From positions 118,896 to 182,895 of the forward strand of contig VRVR01000024.1 in the NCBI GenBank assembly GCA_009859145.1: DNA of 64,000 nucleotides, in the 5' to 3' direction. Of the stretch, positions 1 to 10,648 are shown piece by piece. The notes beneath the pieces are model-generated. The model worked only from the letters and a program-made list of their open reading frames with translations, was not told where the DNA came from and did not search any database. A program made the position numbers and the translations under genes. The DNA comes from Andalucia godoyi And28. Its lineage: Eukaryota > Protista > Jakobida. Each line of letters opens with the position of its first letter. Within the stretch, counting starts at the first letter, position 1.

Positions 1-1
1 C

Positions 2-3000
2 TTATCATCGAAGATTCGAGGGAAAAATGCGGAAATCTACAAGTGCATGCGCGCTGTGCTGCGCTATGATCTCAAGGTCAATTTGTTTTTGCTTCCGTAT
101 CTTGTATACGACGTTCTACAAAATTCTGAGAATGGTACAGACATATGGTTAAGCAACGAGTTTCTTCTCGTCATTTCTGCCGCCAACATCGACTACGCTT
201 GCATTCAAGCGATTTTTTCCATTTTGGACACTCTCAGACTTTGGATTGACTTGCGGCAATCTGCGCTCATTAAGGCTGGGCGAGCATTTTCGGACTCGGA
301 GCGTCAAGAATGGACCGTGTCGATTAACCGAGTGTCATCGTTTTTGCTGTCGTTTCCGTTTTCCGAACTCTCCCGTTGTGCATTTGCCTGTCATTCCTAC
401 GAACGATCTCTTTTTTATCTCGAAGAAAATGTTCACGCGGAGAGAGATCGTAGCGCTGCAGCCTCCGTTTTAACGTCGTATCGAACGCTGCTGCGGCAGC
501 TGTTTTCGAAGTTGGATGATCCGGATGCACTGGATGGCTTGTTTTCGGCCAGTGAATCCTTAGATGAGCAAGCCCTTTTTCATGAGAAGCACGGTCGGTG
601 GTCAGAGGCGCTTTCCATTTACGAAGTACTGCTGTCCAGCGACCCGACACACATGAATTATCAATTGAAGGCTTTAGAATGCATGAAGAATTTGGGGCAT
701 TTTCAAAAAATTTTGCATCTTGTGGACGGTCTTCTTTGTAATTCGGTTTCTTCTGAAAGTCGCGACATGGTGCTCAGTTTTGGGGTCCAGTCTGCCTGGC
801 GGTTGCAAAGGTGGGATACGGTTCAAGAGTATTTGAATCGCTACGTTGCTTCTGATGTTCGGAAGGAATCGATTTCAGCGTCCTCTGTTCAATTCCACAG
901 CAAGAAATATTCATCATATTCTGCGAATCCAGACGTAGAATTTGAGGCTCGTGTTGCAGAGGTGATGTTGCACGCAGTCAATCAACGCCAGGCATTGGAC
1001 ACTAAAGAGTACATGCGGTTCTGCATATCCAAAGCTCGAGAGTCTGTGCTCTCCACGCTGATGATGACGTCGCTTGACGGATATTCACGCTGCTATCCGT
1101 TAGTCGTTAAGCTCCATTTCCTTTCAGATCTTGAGACATATGTCGAGGCATTTTTATCGCGCCAATCGGCACTTGATGTTCGAAACCGGCCCAACGCTGT
1201 GGAAGTGGAAGATGGACGGTATCGTGCGCGACTGTCTTTAACGCAAGAGTCGATGTCTACCCGAGAACCGTTGATTGCGTGCCGAAGGTTTACTTCCGCC
1301 TTGACAGTCTTGGACTCCGCCAATACTTCTGGTGCCCTCTGGCTCGATTTATGCGAGCTGGCGAGGAAAGAGGGGCTGCTTGATACGGCGCAGTGTTCCC
1401 TGTTGCACGCCTCCAAAGCGTCTCCCTTTCGGTCTACTGTTGCCCATGCCGAGCTGCTTTGGGATATGAATGAGCACGATCGCGCGCTGAGAATTATTGA
1501 TTCAAGTATCAAAGAATTCGCATCCCAGGATGTCGATGTTCCAACGAAAGCGAAGGCATTGTTGTTGTACGGCACATGGTCCCATTCCTCAAAGAGATTG
1601 ATCGATGACGACATCATCGAAGTTTTCAACAGCATGCGAAAACTGGCACCCCGCTGGGATCACGGAGAATTTCATTTTGCCAAGTTTTTGGATGATGTTT
1701 TGCACTCGCGCCTTGCACAACAGTCAAGCGACGACGCTAATGCCGTAGCAGAAAAGCTTCGAATCATTGACAGGTTCCTTTCCGCTTCGCTGCGACTATA
1801 TGCCACGTCCTTGGAACTGGGAACCGATCATATTTTTGAGGCGCTCCCGAGGATGCTGACGTTATGGTTGGATTTTTCGGACATCTTGACAGGGATTTAC
1901 GAGAACAACAAGAGTTTTCGAGATTCCGCAAGAAACGTATTGCATAGTTCTATCAATTCAAAAGTGATAGAAGGGAAAGTAATAAGGAAGATTCCCGCGT
2001 ACACGTGGGTTGTTGCCATATTGCAGCTAGTTTCACGAGTTGAGGTGCGTGATGAATCGACTTCCGGTTTGCTGCAGCATATTTTGTCCGAAACTCTTCG
2101 TCGATTCTCGTCTCATACGCTATGGCAGATTCTTCCTGGGACCCATTCGCGCCGTGCTTTACGCTCTTCTCGAATGCGCCACATTGAGGAATTGGCAGCG
2201 AAGAGTTCTCCGGTTGTGAAACAAACTTTGAAGTCTGGCCAGGAGCTTCTCTCTTTCCTTCTGGACCTTTCCAATTTTCAGGTGGATGGCAAACTGCGCA
2301 TCTTCCGTTGGAACTCAAGCATGAATCGTTCGTATGCAAGATTACTACCGTGCAAGAGTGTAGTCGTCCCCACAGAAGAATCGCTCTCTGTTCAGTTACC
2401 TCATGGAAGCGCTGATGGAAGCTGGTCCCCGTTTTCCGACCACCTGGTGACTTTTGATCGGATCGAGGATGAAGTAGAGATCATGACATCTTTACAGAAG
2501 CCAAAGAAGATATTCGTGTTGTGTTCTGATGGCAGTAGGAAAGCCTTCCTGTGCAAACCAAAGGATGATCTTCGCAAAGACAGTAGGCTTTTAGAGTTTA
2601 GCAGCGTTCTCAACCGACTGTTCCTGAAAGAGCCCGATACGAACCGTCGTCGTCTTCGCATCCGTACGTTTTCTGTTGTTCCACTTTCTGATGATTGCGG
2701 GTTGGTGGAGTGGGTCCCGGGTACTGTTGGTTTGAGATCTGTGTACGATTCGCTGCTGATGAAGTACACTCACGCAAAGATGCCTTCTCCAGCAGAGATT
2801 AAGAAAATTCATGCTGACCATCACGCTGATCCTGTGAAATTGATGCAGGTTCTGCACTCCAGATTTCCAAGTCTTTTGCGTCGCTGGTTTTCAGACAAGT
2901 TTTTCGAACCAGCTTCTTGGTATGCCGCGAGACTCAATTACACCCGATCCTATGCTGTTTGGTGCATGGTAGGAGGAATTCTTGCTTTGGGTGATCGCCA

Positions 3001-3481
3001 TGGTGACAACATCTTACTTGATTCATCCAATGGGGACGTCGTTGAAGTGGATTTTGATTGTCTTTTCAACAAAGGACAGGCGTTTCCTGTTCCTGAGAAG
3101 GTTCCATTCCGTCTAACTCACAATCTTGTCGACGCATTTGGTGTTACTGGTGTTGCAGGAACTTTCCGAAAAGTCGCAGAGATCACTTTGTCGCTTATTC
3201 GGAAGCATCGTCAGCTGCTGTTGAACGTCCTGGAAACGTTTGTTCACGACCCTCTCGTTGAGTGGGATCATGCGTCTTCTGAACGACGCACCACGCCCCG
3301 TGAGCACGAGTCTCCCCATCTCGCTCTGAAAAACATTTCCAACAGGATTGGCGGAGTTTCGGACTCGGATAAAACGTCCAACATGCTTTCCGTCGAAGGA
3401 CAAGTGAGTCTCTTAATTGACTCTGCGACCGCTCCAAAGAACTTGGGAATGATGTTCCATATGTGGCTCCCAGGGCTCTGA
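2..3481 (+). CDS. ATR: ATR-like PI3K-related checkpoint kinase, C-terminal part (FAT, kinase, FATC); 5'-truncated by the window edge
   Basis: Frame is open from base 2. It has the ATR signature FLCKPKDDLRKD, catalytic LGDRHGDNILLD and VDFDCLF, PEKVPFRLT, and a C-terminal FATC segment. Confidence 0.92.
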   Translation, partial: LSSKIRGKNAEIYKCMRAVLRYDLKVNLFLLPYLVYDVLQNSENGTDIWLSNEFLLVISAANIDYACIQAIFSILDTLRLWIDLRQSALIKAGRAFSDSERQEWTVSINRVSSFLLSFPFSELSRCAFACHSYERSLFYLEENVHAERDRSAAASVLTSYRTLLRQLFSKLDDPDALDGLFSASESLDEQALFHEKHGRWSEALSIYEVLLSSDPTHMNYQLKALECMKNLGHFQKILHLVDGLLCNSVSSESRDMVLSFGVQSAWRLQRWDTVQEYLNRYVASDVRKESISASSVQFHSKKYSSYSANPDVEFEARVAEVMLHAVNQRQALDTKEYMRFCISKARESVLSTLMMTSLDGYSRCYPLVVKLHFLSDLETYVEAFLSRQSALDVRNRPNAVEVEDGRYRARLSLTQESMSTREPLIACRRFTSALTVLDSANTSGALWLDLCELARKEGLLDTAQCSLLHASKASPFRSTVAHAELLWDMNEHDRALRIIDSSIKEFASQDVDVPTKAKALLLYGTWSHSSKRLIDDDIIEVFNSMRKLAPRWDHGEFHFAKFLDDVLHSRLAQQSSDDANAVAEKLRIIDRFLSASLRLYATSLELGTDHIFEALPRMLTLWLDFSDILTGIYENNKSFRDSARNVLHSSINSKVIEGKVIRKIPAYTWVVAILQLVSRVEVRDESTSGLLQHILSETLRRFSSHTLWQILPGTHSRRALRSSRMRHIEELAAKSSPVVKQTLKSGQELLSFLLDLSNFQVDGKLRIFRWNSSMNRSYARLLPCKSVVVPTEESLSVQLPHGSADGSWSPFSDHLVTFDRIEDEVEIMTSLQKPKKIFVLCSDGSRKAFLCKPKDDLRKDSRLLEFSSVLNRLFLKEPDTNRRRLRIRTFSVVPLSDDCGLVEWVPGTVGLRSVYDSLLMKYTHAKMPSPAEIKKIHADHHADPVKLMQVLHSRFPSLLRRWFSDKFFEPASWYAARLNYTRSYAVWCMVGGILALGDRHGDNILLDSSNGDVVEVDFDCLFNKGQAFPVPEKVPFRLTHNLVDAFGVTGVAGTFRKVAEITLSLIRKHRQLLLNVLETFVHDPLVEWDHASSERRTTPREHESPHLALKNISNRIGGVSDSDKTSNMLSVEGQVSLLIDSATAPKNLGMMFHMWLPGL

Positions 3482-3652
3482 GATGATTGGCCTTGCATTC
3501 GTGGTAACCCGAGAGTCTATCCATCATTTTGCGGATTTATATCCAGTAAGTCGTAGATACAGAAAAGAGAGAGAGAGAGAGAGAGAGAATGAGAAAAAAT
3601 GAGAAAAAGAGAATAAGAAAAAGAGAATAGGTAAAAGAGAAATATATTCCAT

Positions 3653-4771
3653 TCAAAGATCCCTAGCAGCAGAAGAAGCCCAGAGAGCCTGGACAGCACT
3701 ACAAGAAGGAGGATGAACTTCGTGCATCGGGCTCCCATCCTTTGCAGACCCCGAAACAGATGCAGAGGCAAGAATGACGTCTTTGACATCAGATTCGGTG
3801 CTTCCGAGGAGCGCTGCTGCCTTTTTAAAGTCCCACAGCTGAGACTGAACAACGCCCAGTTGATCGTCCAGTTCATTCACTGAAGACAGCGCTGCAAGGC
3901 GTGCGTGATCCGCATCAGTTGCAGGATACAGCGCTGCGTAGGATCTTTGGGCTTCTTCACGCTTTCTCTGAGCATTTCGTTGCATTTCACGAAAGCTCTC
4001 GATGACATTTCGATCCTTCTCAGCTTTGGCATCTCTTTGGCGCTGCCTCTCTGCCCTTTCTGCCTCGATACCACCTGAAGCCCAAGCCTCACATGCCAGA
4101 CGTTCTTCGTCAGAGACAGGACGATCATCGAGATAGTGCAGTTTCTTGATTCGAGAGATCAGGGTCTTTCTGTAATGGCGGATATTGTTCACAACCGGAT
4201 TTCCCACGAGATATAATACAGAAAGATTTTCCATGCGAACCAGAGTGTCAAGAACGGCAGGATCCTCCAGCTTGTTGTGCGAAAGATCCAGAACATGAAT
4301 AGACGGACATTCCAGCAGGCCGTCAAGAGACTGTGGCGATGCCAAGAGATTGTGAGCGAGGCACAACGTGTTCAGTTTGATACACCCTGCAAGCCCTGAA
4401 ATACTGGAAATTTGATTGTTTCCGAGGTTTAGATTGTCCAGATGTTGAAGAGAGTCGAGATTCTCGATTTTCTCGATGCAATTCTGGTGCAGAAAGAGAC
4501 ATCGCAATTCGGTCATATGGGAAAGACCTTCGATTTTGGATATTGCATTTCCCTCGAGCCACAGCGACTTGACATTCATGTAAGGCTCAAGATTCTCGAT
4601 CTTACGAAATCCATGGAAATGCAAATACAGCTTGTCATTAAGTTCTGGAGTCGAATACAATTCTTGCTTGCGGCATAGGTCTCGAAGCAGCTTCGGCTCC
4701 ATTCGAGGAAAAGAAAACACTGATTTCAGAGACATCGAGCTTTGATCTCCCTCGCTTTTCAACGACGCCAT
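3653..4771 (-). CDS. DNAAF1: Dynein axonemal assembly factor 1 (ODA7/LRRC50-like LRR protein)
   Basis: [28 protein letters not shown]22-type LRRs, LRR cap GNPVV...YRKTLI...LDDRPV, then a coiled coil. Confidence 0.88.
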   Translation of the reverse strand: MASLKSEGDQSSMSLKSVFSFPRMEPKLLRDLCRKQELYSTPELNDKLYLHFHGFRKIENLEPYMNVKSLWLEGNAISKIEGLSHMTELRCLFLHQNCIEKIENLDSLQHLDNLNLGNNQISSISGLAGCIKLNTLCLAHNLLASPQSLDGLLECPSIHVLDLSHNKLEDPAVLDTLVRMENLSVLYLVGNPVVNNIRHYRKTLISRIKKLHYLDDRPVSDEERLACEAWASGGIEAERAERQRQRDAKAEKDRNVIESFREMQRNAQRKREEAQRSYAALYPATDADHARLAALSSVNELDDQLGVVQSQLWDFKKAAALLGSTESDVKDVILASASVSGSAKDGSPMHEVHPPSCSAVQALWASSAARDL

Positions 4772-5449
4772 TTACAAAAAAGCCTCGTAAAAACACCCAA
4801 TGCTGTATGCGGTCTTTCCCGAGTTTCAAAAGTGACGATACAAAACCAGAAAAAGAAGAAAAAGAAGAACCAAATAAATAATTAAATAATATGAAAGCAA
4901 TGAAGAACAGAAACATTGAGTAGTTTGTGATGCAAAAAACTGAGTGAAGTTGTGTCTCGGGTTGTGCAAACTCTTTTTCCGGTTTGGCATCCTTGATTGT
5001 TGGTTTTTGCCTTTTACATGCCCTCTTTTTCTTTCTTTTTTTCTCCACTTCTCTTTGGAGTTTTATGGTTCAGGTGTTTTCCCTCACGACAATGGATGTT
5101 TTTTTTTGAATGGCGACTGGAAACCAGCAGGCTGGGTGTTTGACTGCCATAACATTCGGACGAAACTTGTAAAGATCGTTTTGGACGTGGACGACGACGA
5201 CGACGACGACGGCGACCTCTTCTACGGAGAGATGTGTGGGCAGTGGAATGATGAATCTTACCCCCAATTTTTTACGAAACAGGTGCAGCTTAGACTATGG
5301 AGAACGCCAAAAAAGAGGGACTTCAAGGTTGAAATCAGAAGAGTTTACGGAGCGAATTCTTGTCTCCTTCATTCCCTTTTCCCCCCCTTCTTCTTGCTCT
5401 TCTTTCGACTGTGAAAGAGTCGCTCATCAAGCATCACCACTGAAGTGCG

Positions 5450-8023
5450 CTATGGAGCAGCAGCGTTGGTGTGGTCCTCCGACTGAAGGAGAGCCTTCAT
5501 CAGCGCGGTTTCTAACAGCCCCGTGCGCACCATCACAGCGTGATCTGACGCCTGAGAGGGCGTGTCTTCGAGAGACTGCAGTAGGTCCGGCATGACAGTG
5601 AAATCAGGATGCAAGCGCAGTCGCACAGTCGCAGCTCTCTCGAGTACAGTTCTAGGGACCCCGCAAATTTTCGCGCACTGCAGTCCAAAGCTTCCGGATT
5701 GACTGTTTTCTTCCATGGTGTACAAAAACACAATCTGAGATCCGTTGTGTGTTTCCTCAGGCTTTGCAATGATGCATTTCATGGTATACATTCTCAGCAT
5801 CATTTGCCGCTTATCGTTCAACAACTCCAGAACATCTGTGTAGTGAGTGCTCACTAAAACCGTTGGGCACATGTCCGTTTGCCCAATCCAGAAGTTCAAG
5901 ATTGCTCCAAGCAACGATACTCCGTCTTCGACTGTTGTTCCTTTCCCAAACTCGTCAATCAAAAGCAGACTCTTCGCACCGGAGTCAAAAATCATCCTGC
6001 TTGTCTGGTACAGGTCTTGAGCAAACATAGAATACCCGCCTGCAATGGCATCGTGACTGGAGATTCTGGATTGAATTGAATCGAACAGAGGAAGAACGGC
6101 TTCTTCGGCAGGGACAAAGCAACCGACATGCGCGAGAAAAACGGCAATTCCGACTTGCTTGAGAATTATGCTCTTCCCCGACGAATTGGCACCGGTAATC
6201 ACATGGATTCTTCCAGTGGAAGTCTCTTGGGAAATGTTATTTGGAACACAAACGTCAACGAGTGGATGACGGAGGTTTTCAAAGCGAAAACTCCTGTCTT
6301 TCGTGTCGTCTCGGTCTTCAATACGAGGTCGACACCAAGAATGCAGCTTGGATACTGCAGAAAATGCGATGAGAACGTCGAGAAAACCGACGGCATCGAA
6401 GAGTTGTTGTACGCCAAGAATGTGAGTGCTCAGCTCGTCCGTCAGTTCCATGAGGATTTTGTTTTCCAGATCGATAATCTGGGAATGCAAATCACCGATT
6501 TCGTTGTCGAGGACCGTCATTCTGTCGTTTTTGAAATGCAGAAAAGAGTCTTCAGAAAACATGTACTGCATTTGCGTGCACTGCAGAAGATGGTCCTTGG
6601 ACATCGGGCTAGCTTGAATTGAAAGATGGAAGCCATAGTTGTTGGTCCAAAGGATGCAGAAACTCGAGATGCCGCTCCGTATGGGGTCTAGCACATGTCT
6701 CAACTTCTCGTGCTCTTCGTCTGCTACGCGATCCAGGAATTCGTCCAGCGATGCGTACATCTTCTTCAACAAATCGAGTTGTCCGGACACACCTGGATTA
6801 ATCACAATTCTGCTGTTTGCTGCAGATTCCGCTTTGCATATCGTTGCAAACAGCATTTTTGCAACTGTCGACATTTCCCGTGTGTACAACGCAGCGATAT
6901 TTGCCATCGCAGGAACACTGAGCAGGTCTGGATGATTGTCGATGGTCGCCACCAAGCCCACCACGGCTTCCATGGATGCCTGAAGCCCCAACCAATCCTT
7001 GTACGTTGCTATTCCTGTACAAATGCGTTGAGACATCGCTGTTGCATCTTTAATTCGTTTCAAGCAGCTGATAATCTCTTGAACAGGAGCGCAGTTCTCA
7101 GTTTTCATAAAGTACTCCACAGCATCATGTCGTTCTTCCAGTATAGATGTGTCCCGTAGCGGGGTTTGGAAAACTTGCCGAAATGCTCTCTTTCCAGGCG
7201 CAGAGACCGTTCGGTTCACTAAATCATAGATGTTCGAGTGCAGTCCGAGGATTTTGGACGTTGTCCCACCTTTTCTGCCATCTGGGATGATCTGCAATGC
7301 CCTTTTGGTGTCTTCCGAAACAAACATGTATTGCTCAAGGTCAAAGCGTTGGACGTAGGATACATGCACAGGAGCTGTCGGGCCGGCTGCGTTTGGAGGA
7401 CCGTCGTGGTTGATGAGCGTCTGGTTTTGTTGCAGATGGGATATCAAGGCGCCGAGTGCACACACGGCTACTTGGCCCTCTTTTCTGGCAGAGTATCCAA
7501 GAATAGCAAGCAGTGCATGGGCCCTGTCGACTTCCCCCAGCTTTTCAAGTTCCATTCCTCCCGGCCTTACGCACATGAGCTTCTGCATCGAGTGGTCGAC
7601 TGCGAATTCCGAAGGTCGCTTCAGCACGACGTTTTCTTGACCGAGGGCACTTTGACAGACACTAATCAGCTCCTCTCCAACTGCCGAAGATGTCAGAACA
7701 ATAGTCGGTTGAATGATCGAGAACAATTCGCGGAGCCTGGTTGCCGAAGAGGTCGCCTGGACCGCAAACTGGCCTGCGAGAAGGCTGTTGGAGTCGGACG
7801 AATAAAAAGCCATTCCAAGCTGATTTCCATTCCTGCAGAAACTGAGAACGATCATTCCAGACTCGGAATCTGCGGGCTCCTCTTCTGTCGTCGACCTTGC
7901 CACTGGAAGGATACTTGTTGCACCAGCGGAGGGGCTTCTGAAGCCATTTGCAGATCCATTTGGGATACTTCCTAGAGTCTCGTCGGAATCCCGGAGACTG
8001 AGCTGTTCCTGAGTATTACTCAT
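5450..8023 (-). CDS. MSH5: Meiotic MutS homolog 5
   Basis: Walker A ITGANSSGKSIILKQVG, SLLLIDEFGKGT, STHY and SFGLQCAKICG motifs; no mismatch-recognition domain I. Start placed at MSNTQEQ (8023) because the upstream ORF extension is T-rich UTR-like sequence. Confidence 0.88.
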   Translation of the reverse strand: MSNTQEQLSLRDSDETLGSIPNGSANGFRSPSAGATSILPVARSTTEEEPADSESGMIVLSFCRNGNQLGMAFYSSDSNSLLAGQFAVQATSSATRLRELFSIIQPTIVLTSSAVGEELISVCQSALGQENVVLKRPSEFAVDHSMQKLMCVRPGGMELEKLGEVDRAHALLAILGYSARKEGQVAVCALGALISHLQQNQTLINHDGPPNAAGPTAPVHVSYVQRFDLEQYMFVSEDTKRALQIIPDGRKGGTTSKILGLHSNIYDLVNRTVSAPGKRAFRQVFQTPLRDTSILEERHDAVEYFMKTENCAPVQEIISCLKRIKDATAMSQRICTGIATYKDWLGLQASMEAVVGLVATIDNHPDLLSVPAMANIAALYTREMSTVAKMLFATICKAESAANSRIVINPGVSGQLDLLKKMYASLDEFLDRVADEEHEKLRHVLDPIRSGISSFCILWTNNYGFHLSIQASPMSKDHLLQCTQMQYMFSEDSFLHFKNDRMTVLDNEIGDLHSQIIDLENKILMELTDELSTHILGVQQLFDAVGFLDVLIAFSAVSKLHSWCRPRIEDRDDTKDRSFRFENLRHPLVDVCVPNNISQETSTGRIHVITGANSSGKSIILKQVGIAVFLAHVGCFVPAEEAVLPLFDSIQSRISSHDAIAGGYSMFAQDLYQTSRMIFDSGAKSLLLIDEFGKGTTVEDGVSLLGAILNFWIGQTDMCPTVLVSTHYTDVLELLNDKRQMMLRMYTMKCIIAKPEETHNGSQIVFLYTMEENSQSGSFGLQCAKICGVPRTVLERAATVRLRLHPDFTVMPDLLQSLEDTPSQASDHAVMVRTGLLETALMKALLQSEDHTNAAAP

Positions 8024-8285
8024 GTTTTTTTTGGTTGCAATGCTGTGAGTTGAATAACAGAAAATATAATTAATACAAAAGGTGGAAAAAAAAAACAAGA
8101 AGATGCTGAAAACACAGAAAGAAAGGAAAGAAAAAAAGAAAACGAAGAGACTTGCCATCTTCATCACGGAGACACGAGATGCGTGCCACGCGCTTTTCTC
8201 GGTGTTTTTTGTTTTTGACAAATGCACGATAGCGCACGCGCCATATGATTTTGAGCGCCATCAAAAAATTGCGAACCGGAGCATT

Positions 8286-8912
8286 CGCCTACATTATACA
8301 CCGAACATGCATATCTACGAATAGACAAGCATATTCAGTCTTGCATCCCGTCGCCGGAAAGGAGATAGGCCCCCAACACGCCTCACGGCATTCTTCAGAT
8401 AGATGTTCTGCGCTCCGTTCCCAATCTCGATCAATCGGTGAGCCACGTTCTCGGCGTGACGCGTTGTTCCTGAGAAGGGTGCATTTTGAGTCTGACGGCC
8501 CTAGCAGCAGGCGCTTTCGTGTCCTCAGTTGCAGCGATTGATGCAACTGGAGATACGAGAGTAGGAAGAGGTGGTAGGCGTAGTGACACGCGGTCTCTTA
8601 GGAGGTCTGCGGGACCTAGGAGGCCCTGTATCGAGCGGAGTAGGCGTAGGCGAATGCGTCGTCCCAGCGCGCTCACGCCCATATTTGAATAAAAGAGTGA
8701 AATCAACGAATGACAGAATATATGGCTACGGATGCTGCGTTAAAGAGTGTCGAAAATGCAGAGCCTGTGTCACCGGCTGAATTTTGGCCGAGCGTGCGTA
8801 AGCACGGATTCCCTGTGAAGCAAACGTGCTAGTGTCGGCCAGTATCGACCGTGTCTGTTTATGTATACTTCCTTTCCGTATGCATGGCAATGTCCTGTTA
8901 TTATTCAACGGC
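8286..8912 (-). mobile_element. Non-autonomous, internally deleted TnpB/Fanzor-derived element, copy 1
   Basis: Minus strand encodes RAVRLKMHPSQEQR (8502-8461, like the TnpB N-terminal RAxKxRLxPxxEQ motif). It also encodes IDRDW[+1 nt]NGAQNIYLKN (8435-8390, RuvC-III DRDxNGAxNI). Extensive DNA similarity to 36857-37315. Shares GTGTTGGGGGCCTA and an AAYGTAGGCG end with copy 3. Left boundary uncertain by tens of bases. Confidence 0.8.
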
Positions 8913-9077
8913 ATCAAATGCGTGACGCTGGGGTTTTGACGCGTGACAAGAGGAAAGCCAAAAATAACAAACAAAAACAAGCTTGGCGCATTTCAACGCT
9001 GTTGATTCTTTGTTTTAGTTTGTTTGGAGGACCCGCACTTTCGACAGTCTTTTTCCCCCACCGTTTTTTGTTGCAGA

Positions 9078-10226
9078 ATGTCGGTATCCATGGACATTTC
9101 GCTCCACGTGAGCCGAAATTCTTCTCCACGATTCATTGAAGCTTTGAATACGGTTTTCCCGACATCAGGCATGTGTGAAAACGGTGTTCCTTCTGTTCCG
9201 TCGTCGTCGATTTTAGTTCCGCACTTTGCATCTGTTCCATTTTGGATGTGCTCGAATATCATGCAGGATGCCCTTGCGTCACTGTTTAAGCCTGCACGCA
9301 TCTTCAAGTTCAGCAGAAGTTTGCTAAGCACCCCGGACGGTGGGCAGGTTGCTGTCGATGAACCGGAGTCGGACCTGGAAAAACCCGCGTCTGCGCCGTT
9401 GGTTTTTGTACTTACTGGATTGACGGGATCTTCAGAAGCTCGATATGTGCAAAAGTTCCTGAACCATGTTGGAACGACCATGCCGGATGCGCGCTCTGTT
9501 GTGTTTACGTATCGTGGATGCGGTGGATTGAGTTTTACCTCTCCGAGGTCATATTGTGCCGCGGATACCGCAGATGTGCGACTGGGAATTGAGGAGGTGT
9601 GCAGGAAGTATCCAGATGCGCCCAAGGCCATTGTTGGATTTTCTCTTGGAAGCATTCTATTGTTGAAGTATCTTGCTGAAGAAGGGAATCGAGCTCCTTT
9701 TTTGTGCGCTTGCAGCGTGTCCAATCCATTTAATCTTGTGAAGTCCTCGGAAAATCTGCTCCGGGTTCCATACAGATGGATTCACACCCCCATTCTGGCT
9801 GCTGGGCTGCGAAAACTTGCGAGAGACAATCAGCAGATGCTGAGTCAGAATGAACTTGTTGATTTGGAAAATGCAATGAACGCCAAAAGCGTTCGAGAGT
9901 TTGACGAGTACGTTACTCGGAGGATATTTGGTTTTAAGAATGTGGACGAGTATTACGAGGCCGCATCTCCCGTCAAATTCATCCACGAAGTGAAGACGCC
10001 GTTGCTGTGCATCAATGCCGTCGATGACCCAGTTGCCCCCGTGCAGTTCTTGCCACGGAGTGTTGTGCAGGAGGAGACCGCAGATGTTGCATTGGTGGAA
10101 ACTTCGCACGGGAGCCACTTGTCTTTTATCACCGGTACTGCCTTCAAAGTTGACAATGTAAGTGCAGCCGATCGAATGATCTGTCGGTTCTTCCACAAGT
10201 TCCTTTTTGCCAGCAATCACGAATAA
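9078..10226 (+). CDS. ABHD1/3 (YheT/EHT1)-like alpha/beta hydrolase
   Basis: LTGLTGSS, RGCGG, nucleophile elbow GFSLGS, INAVDDPV (Asp), HGSHL (His). Start at the first plausible Met (9078; 9090 is an alternative). Confidence 0.85.
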   Translation: MSVSMDISLHVSRNSSPRFIEALNTVFPTSGMCENGVPSVPSSSILVPHFASVPFWMCSNIMQDALASLFKPARIFKFSRSLLSTPDGGQVAVDEPESDLEKPASAPLVFVLTGLTGSSEARYVQKFLNHVGTTMPDARSVVFTYRGCGGLSFTSPRSYCAADTADVRLGIEEVCRKYPDAPKAIVGFSLGSILLLKYLAEEGNRAPFLCACSVSNPFNLVKSSENLLRVPYRWIHTPILAAGLRKLARDNQQMLSQNELVDLENAMNAKSVREFDEYVTRRIFGFKNVDEYYEAASPVKFIHEVKTPLLCINAVDDPVAPVQFLPRSVVQEETADVALVETSHGSHLSFITGTAFKVDNVSAADRMICRFFHKFLFASNHE

Positions 10227-10550
10227 TCATATCAGACGACCGGTATCACACAACATCAGATCTCAAAATGAAGCCCGTCTTGCAGAGAGAAAGAGAGAGT
10301 GTGTGTGGACCATCCCCCACGTCGCACACTGATCACACGCAGACTACAAAGTGCAGAAGCGCATCTTTACGAGCAACTGAACTAGAAGCAAACACCAAAA
10401 CTATAAACGAAAATTAAAAAGAAAAAGTGAAAAAGTAAAAAATGTCTGTGGAGGGTGCATTAGGCTTTGGTGGGAATTGCCTCCATCTTCGGATCCAATT
10501 TTCCTGGAAGCGCCCATTGCCAATCTCTTCTTCTTCTGTTTATTTTATTT

Positions 10551-10586
<36 letters not shown>

Positions 10587-10648
10587 CCCCACATTGATTT
10601 CATCACCAACAAATTACGTGCCGTTTTTCTCCAAAGGGGTTCCCGCAG

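Noticed and set aside
8024-8227. N-terminal extensions given by the ORF track (MSH5, GCN5, TBC, MEST-like, CFAP96, CBS, SIN3, CFAP410)
   Set aside because: They translate poly-T or microsatellite UTR sequence (F/L/S or ER runs); downstream Met codons fit the families better.
8775-8830. GIRAYARSAK in copy 1 as a possible IS607 serine-recombinase (YARVS) remnant
   Set aside because: The catalytic VS is not matched and the segment is absent from copy 2; insufficient evidence.
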